From assembly GCA_964187785.1 (NCBI GenBank), contig OZ076409.1:37140001-37204000 (forward strand): a stretch of 64,000 nt of DNA, in the 5' to 3' direction. Origin of the DNA: Amphiscolops sp. MND2022. Taxonomy: Eukaryota. The notes under the pieces were generated by a model. That model made no database searches. It had not been told where the DNA came from and worked only from the letters and a program-made list of their open reading frames with translations. A program made the translations under genes and the position numbers. Positions 38,531 through 51,060 of the stretch are shown here, in pieces; positions within the stretch are counted from its first letter, which is position 1, and every line of letters begins with the position of its first letter.

Positions 38531-38917
38531 GGGTGGTCGTTTAGTTTCTTTTGGTAGAACAATTTGAACAAAACGTTAATCAAACATTTCGGTATTTAGT
38601 GTGTCCTTAAATTGATGATTTCTTCGAAAGTGTGATGTCAACATGAATGAAAACGTATCAAATCTTTCTTTTCCTTTAATTCACCTCTATGCATTTTCAT
38701 ATTGCATTGACTACTTTTGAGCCTCAAAATTGTATCGTTGCTTGATCGGTTTGGATGGAAAATACCCTGCCGGTCAGCGGGTGTGTTGTTAAAATTCATG
38801 ATGTGCGAAATCTGAAAAATAATTGTAAAAAAGTTTCAAAAAATGTATATGATACTTCGTATACTTGGAAATGTATTTCTAACAATACAGTCATCACTTC
38901 GCACATTTCTCTTTAAG

Positions 38918-39140
38918 ATGAAGCTTCCCTGGACTACTACATTGAAGAAAACGGTTCCTCGCTGAGGGCCAATTTCTCGAACGACATCTGGGTCAACTCT
39001 GGGTCGTTCAGTGACCCCGAGCAGGATGAGATGTTCAGTCTCATCTTTGTGTGGGCAATCTTTCTCCTCAATTCTTCCACCATAGCCACTGGGTGGCTAT
39101 TCGACACTTACGGCACCCGGCGATCCAAAATTATTCTCAT
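38918..39140 (+). CDS. SLC43A3: SLC43A3-like transporter, coding exon 2
   Basis: Acceptor tttctctttaag|, and phase 1 joins in frame: NEASLDYYIEENGSSLRANFSNDIWVNSGSFSDPEQDEMFSLIFVWAIFLLNSSTIATGWLFDTYGTRRSKIIL. It contains the SLC43 QDE.FSLIF motif and the MFS G.L.D..G.R loop. Donor AT|GTTAG, phase 2. Confidence 0.92.
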
Positions 39141-39664
39141 GTTAGACTTTTGGGAAATAATTTTCGGATATTTCTTCGAAATATTTTTGCAAAACTGCTG
39201 CTTTTTTGTATGCATACCCATTCCACATGCACTTTTTAAGAAATAGTTGTTTTTCATCTCGTCATTCATGTCTTCTTGCATTCATGCTAAATAAAACTGT
39301 TAGTTTCATTTGTTGTGCCCAGGCCTCCAAAACAAATTAATTTTTGTTATTTATAGGTTTCAAAGCTTCGTATTCCATTATCAAATTGACAAACGGTGGT
39401 TACATACGTTGAGTTCTTGAGAAAATGAAGTGTGACGACAAAATGATAGAGACGGTGACGAAGTGGAATTATTATCAGTTTTTGGTGAAATAGTGGACGC
39501 TTCATTAGAATCCTACTAAATTTTTTCAAGCAGGCTCCCGGAGTTTTCCATGTATTGTGAAAAATAGCTTTTCATGCATGAAAGCAGCATGAAAACTTCC
39601 CTGCAGATCCAACTAAGGCTACACTCTTTCCAACGAGACAATTCGGGAATGACGTCTGTTTCAG

Positions 39665-39711
39665 AATTTTTCTGGCGCTTGGATATGTTCTGTATGGATT
39701 GAGCTCTCCTG
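39665..39711 (+). CDS. SLC43A3: SLC43A3-like transporter, coding exon 3 (47 bp)
   Basis: ctgtttcag|A ATT TTT CTG GCG CTT GGA TAT GTT CTG TAT GGA TTG AGC TCT CCT G|gtaagt. Phase 2 in and phase 1 out fit both neighbouring exons. It encodes a hydrophobic TM3 (IIFLALGYVLYGLSSP). Confidence 0.85.
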
Positions 39712-40109
39712 GTAAGTGTAAATTTTTGATTCCACACACCTAACTGTAATTGAAAAACAGAACGATCAAGACAAGATCTAAACGAATGTAGACACCCGTA
39801 CTGACAACCCATGGTAACCCACCATTGGCCATCGGTGGACTACCGATGGCCACTGGTGAGGGAAAGTTAGCTTGCGTGGAGGCTTTCCCATTGGTGGACA
39901 ATTAGAAAATTTCGAAAATGAAAATTTCGTTCAAAATTTCTAGCAACTGATAAGATTCACTACACGAAATACCTTTAGACGTTATTCGCGCACCTGATGC
40001 TGTCAACTAGGGTAACAAACCTTTGGGGACCTTTCATCGACGGCCCTCCGGTGGCCCACTGTAGTCCACCGATAGCCCATCGGTGGCCATTGATCCTCAC
40101 CGCAAAAAT

Positions 40110-40364
40110 CCCCACCCCATTGATCCCCACCCCATTGATCCCCACCCCATTGATCCCCACCCTATTGATCCCCACCCCATTGATCCCCACCCCATTGATC
40201 CCCACCCCATTGATCCCCACCCCATTGATCCCCACCCCATTGATCCCCACCCCATTGATCCCCACCCCATTGATCCCCACCCCATTGATCCCCACCCCAT
40301 TGATCCCCACCCCATTGATCCCCACCCTATTGATCCCCACCCCATTGATCCCCGCCCCATTGAT
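40110..40364. repeat. 15-bp minisatellite (CCCCACCCCATTGAT)x17
   Basis: 255 bp, equal to 17 units, with three variant units. Confidence 0.97.
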
Positions 40365-41569
40365 CCCCACCGCATCGGTGGCCACCGATGGATTTCCCTG
40401 GGTTGTCAACTCAGCTAACGTTTTCATGAATCTTGTAAAAATCCTACAGCTTAGACAGCAATGGGACATGAATGAAAAAAGTAGCTTTGCCATATATGAT
40501 GGAACAGAAAAGTTTATATGGAGTTTTCAAACAGATATACGAATCCCAGTTCATGCATTTTGTATCGAATTTCTGTGCATATCCGAATCCATATAAAAAA
40601 AAGTTGAAATGCATGAATTTTAAGGAACATATTTAGTGGCTATAGGAGACAACGTCGTATGAGCAAGTGATTATGCAAACAATCGATGCAAGCAATCCGT
40701 CTGATTTTCAATGTATTTTCCAGGTAAGAGTCTATGTTCTAACGCCTACAATCTTAGAGCCTAAGATTTAACAAATTGACATGCTCAGTTGCAAATTTTG
40801 ATGAAAATCTAATTTTCCATTTGTAATGGCATTTAAGCAACGATCTTTGAACAATCGTAATCTTGTCCTGATGTGACAAACAGATTTTACAAAACACGAA
40901 CTGAAATTTATCAAATGAAATTGTTCAAACCACATAAGAAACAATACACATCACGTCAAATTTATCAATCATTCATGTTTGTCCGGCGTGTGACTTCGTA
41001 AAAGTTTTTGAAACATTGTCCGAATGCTGTGCAATTATCATGGGTAACATGAATATTTTATTCGTAGTCCGACAAATGCTTTTCTCGATTGACGTGAAAA
41101 TCTGATTTGCTAGTTTTATTATATTGTTAATTCGTAAGAAGTTGCCATTTCGCTCATCTTGTGAGGCTTTTGCTAAGCGTAATAACAGGCGTCCAATTAG
41201 CAGTTTTTTGTGGCCAAAGGTATAAAAAGACTACTTAATTGAGTCACTCGCCACGAAAATGTCGAATTTAATTAGATCATTATTCAAATATCGACGTGGA
41301 TGTATGAGGGACGTAATTTACTTTGTCAATAATAAAGGTGCAATAAAGTCACACTTTTCCCACTGAAAACAGAAGGAGAGACTAGAAACGAGGGTTTATG
41401 GCAGGAAAGGAGAAAGCATTTTTATGACACCTTGCGTCTCTTGTCGTGTCTGTGTTGACAACAAAGGAGGCAATCAACAAAGAGGATTACCGCCACAGAA
41501 TGTGAAAAAAGTGGGACCAAATTATTTAACAGCAAATGGTAATAGCGAGTAAATAGCATGCAATCATGT

Positions 41570-42074
41570 AACAAGCCGGGAACGGCCAAAGTCGGCGCTA
41601 TATCGAAGGCTCAAAATTGTAAAAGGGAGACCCTTTTGGCTTTCGGAAACTCCAGTTGGTTGCCCAATATGAAAAAAAATTGAAATCGAAAAAAAATTTT
41701 AGAATGAGGTTTTTGAACGGTGTCACACTGCCGAAAAATGTAAAAGGGGGACCCTTTGACATTTTTTGACATCCAATCTGTTGCAAAATATTGAAACAAA
41801 TGAAGAGGGACTCTTTGGTGGAATCCAAAAAATTTCAAAAAAAGTCGCATAGTGCCGAAAAAAGTGGGGGAACTAAGGGAACTAAGGGCGATCCTTAGTG
41901 TGTTTTCCAGTTTCTGGACGTTTCTTTTTGTTTTGGTCAAGTTCTGAGGTTTCGAGTGTTTTGAACTTCAGTAGTTCAAGTTGTTGAACATGAACAAAAA
42001 AGTAGACGTACGCGTCTAAAAAAACCCACTGCAAGAGTCGGGCACGTTTTCTACTAAAATGCGCCGACTAAAAA
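41570..42074 (-). mobile_element. HINE-like family copy
   Basis: Runs from AACAAGCCGGGAACGGCCAAAGTCGGCGC to GCGCCGACTAAAA, with the same internal motifs. Confidence 0.7.
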
Positions 42075-42963
42075 TTGACCGCAGAAGTCGACAAAAAGAA
42101 AATAGTAATTGAAGAACAAAAATAATCAGAAAACACCCCAAGTCAGCACCCGCTCAACAAGGCCCCACAAAACAGTCACCGAGAAACGAATAAATCGAAT
42201 GGGAGAAACCTCTGGCTTTCTTTTTTTAGTGGGGCTCTTCTAGTTTCGTAAACGGGTTAAGCACTCAGTTAATAAGCAGACGCTTTGGATGCCATCAACA
42301 AGTTGGATCGAAGTTAGTGAATTCGAAAACAACCGGATATGGATTTACCTTCAATCCGAAATACTTTACTTTATAGGCCCTTTTATCAAAATCAAATGGA
42401 AAAGATGAAAACATTGGGGTTGGCTAGTTTTGCACCGACTTTGTACCTGACAAAAGCAAAATTGCTATAATTGAATTTTTGACGCCATTTAATTTAATAT
42501 CACTACCCAGTGTTCGAAGCCAAGCAAGGTATCCTTGCAGGGTCCATGGCAAGGTCCTTGCTAGCATTGCCAGGATCTTGCCATGATCTTGCCGTGATCT
42601 TGGCAAGGATGCCAAGATAAACAATTTTCTTGACAAGGGTTCCATGGTAGCAAATCCGTTTTTATGGTAACCCCAGTGTTCGACGTTCTTCCTTAGACGT
42701 TATTCCCTCTCGCTGCTTTTGACGTTATTCCCGTTTTGCATTTTGGTGTTATTCCTTTGACGTTTTTGCACTGAACCTTCAGCTACTCATTTATAAAACT
42801 CACTCAGATCAAAAAAGTTTCAGTAAGCTGTTCAGTAGATGAGAAGTTACCGACATTTTTCAGATATTTTGTATTTTGAGGCTATTACATCATCAAAAAT
42901 CAGATACAACTAGAGAAACAGTGAATTCCAACTAGGGACATGGTCAAAAACTGAAAGAAGAGA

Positions 42964-43290
42964 ATTTATTTATTCATTTGTTTGACATTACGCATTACAA
43001 ACAAAAGGGACAAAAAATGCGCTCATCAGCTCTTCTATTGTCTTCGCCCCAGAGAACCAACAATGACTTCTTAAAGCTACCCCGTATTTCCTGTCTTTTT
43101 ATTTCGTGTAGTCAATTCATATATGATACATTCAGTACTAGTTTTGTTATATAACGTAAAATAATTCAAAGAGTTCTTTATTATTTGGTGTTAATACCTC
43201 CATAAAATGACAAAGATGGACATCACTTGTGCGTCTGTTGATGATTCAACATTCTGAGGCATCAGATCACATGACTTGAACCAGTCATAG
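42964..43290 (-). mobile_element. LINE 3' end (rest of ORF2 and 3' UTR), part left of the gypsy insertion
   Basis: The reading frame continues across the removed insertion (NAVIRAY|DWFKSCDLMPQNVESS). It ends in an AATAAATAAA-type tail on the minus strand near 42964-42974. Confidence 0.65.
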
Positions 43291-43500
43291 TGAGAAGAAG
43301 ATGCCACTAAGAAGATGAACTAATTAGTTCATAGTACCTGCCAGTTGTCTATCGTAAAAAGCCTTACAGTATGAACATTAGTTGAAGTTGTATTCTATGA
43401 TACAGTATAGCTAACAGTTCGTATGTTAACGATCTTTACTTTGTGTTGATTTGTATTACTTTTAATTCATTCTTCTTAATCCAAGTTCTCCGTAATAACA
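43291..43500 (+). repeat. 5' LTR of the 43291-49215 gypsy element
   Basis: TGAGAAGAAG...TAATAACA. It matches 49006-49215 with 4 differences by my count. Confidence 0.97.
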
Positions 43501-43512
43501 TGGCGCAGTCAG
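43501..43512 (+). other. Primer-binding site (probably tRNA-Ser)
   Basis: TGGCGCAGTC directly after the 5' LTR is complementary to a tRNA 3' end ...GACUGCGCCA. The tRNA identity is inferred. Confidence 0.75.
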
Positions 43513-43519
43513 CAATTTA

Positions 43520-46500
43520 ATGGACAACCCAGACCCAAACACCTCAGAACGATCCGACCAACAAGCCGCAAACCAGACGACAGTGAACCAGACGACGGCA
43601 GATAGACTGGAGAAAAACAAATATAAAATTCCGACTTCATCGGATAGAGAAACGGCTCTCACCAAAATAAACCCACGAATGTGGTGGGAGCAGATTTCGG
43701 AATATATACACCTCACATATAACCGAAATCTAGAAGAACTGATGGATCAAGGCGTTGACCAAATGGACCCGCATACGGTGTATCATATCAAAGGAGACGT
43801 CATCTGGGGTCTAGGCCCCAAGGCCAAACATGAAATTTTGAGAGGACAATGGGGCAAAGAGCTAAAAGACATTGATCTCCCAGAAATGCTGAAGCTTTTC
43901 AAGAAAACATTCATACCAGCAAGGAATGTATTCCACAGCCGGGCACAATTCTTCAATATCCAACAAGATGACAACGAAACTTTAGACGAGTACTGGAAAA
44001 GATTAGTGGACATTGAGCGGAAATGTGAATTCAACAGCATCACACCGAAGAAATTATTACATACAAGTTCGCAGCAACAATTAACGACAAAAAAGCCCGA
44101 GACAAATTCATACAAGGACCGCTGAAACTTCAAATGATACTCGAAACCATCGAACAAGACAATTACAACCGTAAATATGGAGATAAAAAAGCAAACAAAC
44201 GACCCCGAAAAGTCAAACTGGAAAGTTCATCAAGTGAAGAACAAGTCGCCCACACACAACCAATACGGAAACAAAAAACCGCCGAAACGTGGAAGAAGAA
44301 AATGCCAAACCGTAATTGTCGCTTTTGCGGTAAACCAAATTGGTCAATGGAACATATTTGTCCAGCACGGAGAGCACAGTGTAATAACTGTAAGAATATG
44401 GGCCACTTCGCCAAAGTGTGCAAATCCAAAACCGTCAGCCGGATACAAAAAGAACCGCCAACGGACAGCGACACCGAATCATGGCCTGAAATTGACCACA
44501 TCCAATCCGTCAACGCCATAAATCGGATCGATTTCTACAAAGCGATACTATTGGTCCAAGGACAGCCAATAGAATTCATTATTGACACTGGCTCTCCGGT
44601 AACGATAATACCGCCTATAATTAATACAGCGGAAATACACAAAACCACAAAAAACTTTGTAGATGTAAATAAAAACCGATAAAGTTCAAAGGCGAAACCA
44701 TGGTTGAAGTAAAAACGGAGAAAAGCAAAATAACACTTCTCATATTAATAACCGAGAACAAAAACACCCAACCCTTATTGGGACTGGATTGGCTGGACAA
44801 ACTAGAAATTGGGCTACAAGGGAACACGAACACGACCATTATCAGACACATCGAAACAGACGAGAGAAGACAGAAGATCGTAAAAGAATACGAAGACCTA
44901 TTGAAAAACAACCATACGATCAAAGATTTGGCCATCGACATTCAACTGAAAAAAGACACAAAGCCGATACAACAAAAAAGAACGACCAGTGCCGATACAT
45001 TTTCAAAAAACGGTCAAAAATGAGTTGAAAAAACTAATCGAAACCTGACACCTGGAAAAAGCAAACAATACCACAGAGAACTGCTTTGTCTCACCGGCTG
45101 TCATAACAATAAAGAAAGACAAGTCCGTGAAAATTGCTCTCGATTCAAGAAAACTGAATGAGGCATGTGTCAAAAGAAAACCGACAATGCCAAATATGGA
45201 AGAACTGATCAGCAAAAGATCCGCGGAAATCACCCGAAGCGACGGAGAAATCTGGATGTCAAAGATCGACTTGGATTACGCCTACGGACAAGCAAAATTA
45301 ACCGCGGAGGCAGCCAGACACTGTGTATTCTCGATAATTGGCGGTCATTTCACCGGCCATTACCGTTTCAAGAAAGGATTCTACGGACTGTCGGATATTC
45401 CCACCGTAATCCAGGAACACATCGACAAAGTGCTAGAATTTAAAACACCGGTCTGGCTAGATGACATTATATGTGTAACAAACGGAACAATCGATGATCA
45501 CGAACGAGAAATTCGGGAAGTACTCACAAAGCTACAAAACGCCGGTTACAGGGCAAGTGAGAGGAAAACTGAATTATTCAAACAGGAGATAACTTGGCTG
45601 GGTTATCATATCGATCAAAAAGGAGTGAAACCAATAAAAGATAAAACGGAAACAATAACAAAATTGACGGCTCCAAAGAATGCTAAAGAACTAAAATCTC
45701 TTCTCGGCTCAATACGACACCTAGCGAAGTTCATCAATCACCTGTCCAAGAAAACAGACAGAATGAGGAGGCTGTTGAAGAAAGAAACCCGCTGGGAATG
45801 GACGCCCGAAATTGACGAAGACTTCGAGAACTTAAAGAAAAAAATAACTGAACCCCCATGCTTGGCCCACTTCGACCCGAAGAAAGAAAATTATGTGACG
45901 ACTGACGCATGCAACACGGGACTCGGAGCGACACTATGGCAGAAGGAAGGAGAAATTTTCAGACCAGTCGCGTTTGCTAGCAGATTTCTTACTGATTGTG
46001 AAAGAAAATATGCTATCAATGAGTTAGAATTGCTAGGGGCATTATGGGGGCTAGAATACTTCAGGTATTTTACGTACGGAAAAAGGGTAAAGTTGGTAAC
46101 AGACCATCAAGCGGTACAGCCGCTGTTAAAACGGAACAGGGCACATAAACAATATAGCGCCAGGTTAACACGGTGATTAGACAGATTAAGCCACTTTGAT
46201 GTAAATGTTCAATATACCGCTGGTAAAACATCCCATTGACGGACTACTTAAGCCGGCATCCGATCGTAAACACCGATGAAAGCGCAGCGGAGAATAACTT
46301 AAGCGGTCAAAACGAAGCGGAATCCGAAGAAGAGTTCGTAATAAACCAAGTACACGGCTTATTTGATTTCATTCAAACGAACGGAAGCATAAAACGATTC
46401 ACAGAACGAACCAAGCCGAGACAGAAAATCGACCAATCACAGCACGGCATGTGTAAGCGTGAACAAAATAGACAAGATCATTTGCTCAAAACTTCGATAC

Positions 46501-48851
46501 CACTGAACGGTGTTAATCAAATCACATCCGTAAATTCTTCAAATAGACTCGCAAAACCATCAAATATGGACAAAGTAAACGGAATCGACATGCACTTCAT
46601 ATTCAAGAACAGAAGGCACTCACCAGACACTCTCAAACTCTGGACAGAAAAAAAAGACTACTGAAACCTGAAAAAAATGAGAATCGTGGGAAAGGGGACA
46701 GACAACGAAAGACTTCAAGAATACCGACCCTCACAGCAAGTACGAAAAAGAATTGTTGAACTAAACGTGCAAATATACAACAGATTCTTTAATTACTGCG
46801 AAACGCTGGGTACGACGCCGCTGAAAGAGTTCCAGCAGAACAACTACGAATCGTGGATAACACAGTCATCTGATATCGAAAGTCAAACGAGCAATGTCAG
46901 ACAAGAAAAATGTCCCACAAACGCCATCAAAAAGTTTCGGAAACACGAAACAGTAAATTTAATCCGACTGAAACAAACCGTCAAGACAAACATCCTAGAC
47001 GATGAACACAACGAGCGGACAGAGGAAACCATCAAAAAGGCCGAAAAAGTTTTTGCACTGGACTTGCCGATGTTAGTAGAAGAAACGGCGAGAGACAAAA
47101 AAATTCTGAATGATATCACTGCCGTCGAAAAGAACCAGATTGAGGAGATTTTTTACCTTTATCGGCCACACAGACATCACCTGACAACCCGATTTGGCCT
47201 ACTTTTATATAACGACAAGATCGTTAAACCTGAAGCAATGAGAAGCACAATCATCGCCATGCTCCATCAAGGCCACCCATCAGCCACAAAGATGGACCAA
47301 TCGTCCGCAGCCTTCTGGTGGCCCGGTCTATATCGGGAGATAAAGGAGAAAGCAGAACACTGTCCCAGCTGCAGATCGTCAGGTAAAAATTTAACAACGC
47401 AATTACCGTCAACGGAAAAAAACCATTTAGAAATTTTGTCTGAACCGAATCAAGAAATACAATTGGACTTTGCTGGTCCAATAAAATCAAAGACTCGCGG
47501 CGATGTATAAATTTTAGTCGCAGTCGACCGTTTTAGCAAATGGCCAACCGCCAATGTTTGTAAAAACACCGACACACGGACAGTTTTAAAATTTTTAACG
47601 GAATGATGTTCAGATAACGGAACACCGCGGAGCGTACGCACCGATAACGGTAGTTGTTTTAAAAGTAACGAATTCGAAGAATTTTGTAACCAAAAAAATA
47701 TAAAACGCATTAGATGTACACCGAATCTACACACAGGTACCGGCCAAGTAGAAAGAACGATACGGACAATTAAATCATTAACTAGAGCAAATAAGGCGGA
47801 CGGCTTAACATTTGAAGAGGGTGTTAAATTGGCGATTAGAACAATTAGACAAACGCCGCATAGCAACTTGAATATGACGCCTTTCCAAATGCATTACGGA
47901 CGTAAGCTACGCACGGCAATAACCAATTTAATCGGCCGACCAGAATGTCTTCTCTCTAATTGGAAAAAGACATTGACCAATTACGTTTCAGCACAACCCA
48001 CTGAGCTACAGATGTTCACAATTAATGACTCAGAGGGAGAAACGGCAGATTATTTGTTCCTTAACGACTCGAAGAAAAGAAATATATCGGTAAGCAAGGA
48101 ATTTAAACAGTACCAATTTTTCGAAAAAGAAAACAAACCAAATGCAATGAAATGCAGATTTAAAACCAACAAAATACTGACAGCCGTGAATGAAACTAAA
48201 CACACTATAGCAACGTCAGATGGAAAAATAATCCATAAAAAATTAGCGTCGAAATCGATAAAATTTCAGTTGCCGAAAAAGCCGGAAGAAAAGAAGAAAC
48301 CAACAAATCGCTGTGTCAGATGGGGAAAATTTAGCCAAGGAAAATACTGCGACACCCACAAACGAGTGTACGGTACCACTGACGAAACAAATGAACCGGG
48401 ATGCAGCTACACCCTTCCAACAATGCCAGAGAAAAGGTCAACTTACGGCGATGTCATAGAGCCGAGCAACGGACAAGACGTATCGACGGAAGAAAAGGAA
48501 CCGCAAGCAAGCAACACCACCGCCACAGCGGAAACTCAACGGTACGAAGAAGAAACCGCACCCGAGATACATACTCCACCACCGTCTACGCCGGTACAAT
48601 ATAGCACCAGTTACAGCACGCAACCAACACAACCGGAAGGCGAACAGCAGACGCCAATACGTGCCACCGCAAGTACCGAAGCTACTTCGAAGAAAAAGAC
48701 AGCAAGCCCTAGAAAAGGTAACTTAAAAATAGTAGACAAAAAGGAACCAAAAAACCATAAAATACAAAGAGAATCACTAGACCTTCGTAGATCAAGTAGA
48801 ATAAAGGACGCTAACCGAACCGTGAATTTACGAGGGGTAGAGTATTTCTAA
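43520..48851 (+). pseudogene. gag-pol polyprotein of the gypsy element, broken by frameshifts and stops
   Basis: Zinc knuckles CRFCG..HIC and CNNCKNMGHFAKVC; protease IIDTGSPVT; RT KIALDSRKLN, SKIDL, WLDDII; RNase H TTDACNTGLGA and ELELLG; integrase HQGH..CPSC, QLDFAGP and RTDNG. Split over at least 7 ORF fragments. Confidence 0.93.
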
Positions 48852-48994
48852 TTGTTTAGTCGTTTAGAGTTCTCCAGCCCACTACAACGATTTCTGCGAC
48901 AGCCCTTTCCGAAAATCAAAAAGGAAAACCCAACGACTGATGTCAAGGTCAAGTGGGAGCCCACAGAAGCTCAACAATGGCTTCCCTGAATTAC

Positions 48995-49005
48995 AAAGGG
49001 GGGAA
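48995..49005 (+). other. Polypurine tract
   Basis: AAAGGGGGGAA abuts the 3' LTR. Confidence 0.9.
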
Positions 49006-49215
49006 TGAGAAGAAGATGCCACTAAGAAGATGAACTAATTAGTTCATAGTACCCGCCAGTTGTCTATCGTAAAAAGCCTTACAGTATGAACATTAGTTGA
49101 AGTTGTATTCTATGATACAGTATAGCTAACAGTTCGTATGTTAACGATCATTACTTTGTGTTGATTTGTATTACTTTTAATTCATTCTTCATACTCCAAG
49201 TTCTCCGTAATAACA
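49006..49215 (+). repeat. 3' LTR of the 43291-49215 gypsy element
   Basis: Direct repeat of 43291-43500, preceded by a polypurine tract and followed by CATAG. Confidence 0.97.
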
Positions 49216-49650
49216 CATAGGCTCTGATGACGGCATTTTTGATAAAAACGTCTTTTCAGTTGTGTTCTATCGATTGTTGCTGGTAGCAAACTTTTTGACT
49301 TTCTTCGTCTATTAATTTGATAAGCAACAAAATGATCGTGCATATGGTCAAATGGCGAATTTCCTCTGAATTGTCTGAAAAGTTCAACTAATTCTGATAT
49401 ATACATTTCGTAAACTGTTAGGAATTTTTTCTGCAATAATATTTTGGAGAGATTCGGATTTTTTAAAGAAAAATATTGCTCGAATAATTCTCTTTTGTGC
49501 ATTATCGATAGGTTCAAGATTCGTTTTGGATGTACTGTCATAATTGAAAAGACCATATAACATAAGGGGTTTTGCATAAGAATTATAAAAGAGAAGTAAA
49601 CCATGCAAGGGATAAAAGTGTCTCATTCTATATACCAGCCCGCAAAATTT
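49216..49650 (-). mobile_element. 5'-truncated non-LTR retrotransposon (LINE), ORF2 C-terminal region, part right of the gypsy insertion
   Basis: LLLFYNSYAKPLMLYG..YDSTSKTNLEPIDNAQKRIIRAIFF is the typical post-RT thumb region of CR1/L2-type LINEs. Frameshifted. Confidence 0.8.
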
Positions 49651-49921
49651 TCAACCCCTTGAAAATGGTTCAATCGACTTTTTGACCTGTTATCATTGGT
49701 AAGAACCATGAAAGCCATGGTTATCTTGCCACGATCTTGCCATGATCTTGACAAGCGTTCCATGTATCATGATTTGCCATGATCTTGACAAGGGTACCAT
49801 GATTAACCATGATTTAGCAAGATTAACCATAACCATGGCAAGCGTTCCATGCGTTCGAACACAAGTTATATACGTTTTATCCGAAAACGCGATTTTTCTC
49901 GTTGAAAATACCAAACAAATT

Positions 49922-49990
49922 TTGACTCTGAGTGGTATTCGAACCCTGATTCCTAAACCGACGCTCTAACTTCTTGGCCTTCGAGCGTTA
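49922..49990 (-). mobile_element. Degenerate tRNA-derived repeat
   Basis: The minus strand reads GGCCAAGAAGTTAGAGCGTCGG...GGGTTCGAATACC, with decayed A and B boxes. Confidence 0.4.
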
Positions 49991-51060
49991 CATATGTGAC
50001 TTCACAGTGAAATTTGAGGAAAAACAATAAAAACGTGGCCATCACAAGAGATGGCCAACACCTGGAGAAAGAAAAACTTGAATTTGAAAAAAAAACACTG
50101 ATTAACAACATAGAAAAAATCATTTTCAAACATATCTCAGTTTGGTACGCATTCAGGATAGAATCTATTTTCTGTGAATATAACAACGAGTCAATGCAGA
50201 TCGAATCTTTTATTTTCTTAGACCAAAGTTTTTAATTCAAAAATTGATTTGACTACTTCAATTGAGTAAAATTTTGAATGAAGTATGACTCCAGATTAAT
50301 CATCAGTTGAGAGATCAAATATTTTCAGTAATCATTTTAAAACTAGTTCCCTAGAATGGTACCACCGCATAATACGGAATATCGTTATCGCTAAAAAGAA
50401 TTTGGAACCTGAGGCGTAGTAGCATTGCTTTTTTCCGTGTCTTTGCCGAAACGAAGACACGGGCTGTGCAAACTTCTGCGTAGTGCTTTTTTTGGCTGTG
50501 ATTTATCCTGTAATGCAGCACTGTATGCACTAAAACTGAAATTTTGGAAACGGAAAAATTTCAAATGAAAAAAGTTGAAAACTGAAAATGCTTCAAATCA
50601 TGAACACCATGAAAAATATTTCGCATCGTTATCCATTTTTTCTTCAAGATCTTTTTCTTCCAATAAAATGTCCACATCATTTTAAAAAATCATTGTGAAC
50701 AAAAAAGGGATGTAATTCAATTTTTTCGTGCTCTCATATTTTTCTTCGTGCATGAAGACGTAGAAGTGAAGTCCAAACTAAAATAGGCTCTTATACAGTC
50801 ATCACCAATGCGTCCTTCCTGTTTCAATATTGAGACGTTCAGGGATCAAATGGGTCAAAATAACAGAAAAACACTTATTTTGCTAGTTTTTTTTCAATTT
50901 TTCAGTTTTAAAACATTGGCCAGAGCTGAAGGGTAATGTTTGGATGGTTGTTATTTTCCTCCCACATATAATGGGGGAGGCAAACAATAATCTGTGTTGC
51001 AATTTTTTCCAAATTCTACAAAATGTTTACTTAATCACTGCATTTAGTTAGTAAATTTTA

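Larger units (their letters stand above)
43291..49215 (+). mobile_element. Full-length Ty3/gypsy LTR retrotransposon (Mag-like), with a disrupted gag-pol
   Basis: Paired 210-bp LTRs (TG...CA), TSD CATAG at 43286-43290 and 49216-49220, PBS TGGCGCAGTC and PPT AAAGGGGGGAA. Domain order is gag-PR-RT-RH-IN. Confidence 0.97.

Noticed and set aside
39975..40596. Long repetitive ORFs (GINGV, IPTPL, PHPID and MGWGS repeats)
   Set aside because: These are by-products of a stop-poor 15-bp minisatellite that is open in several frames on both strands, inside an intron.
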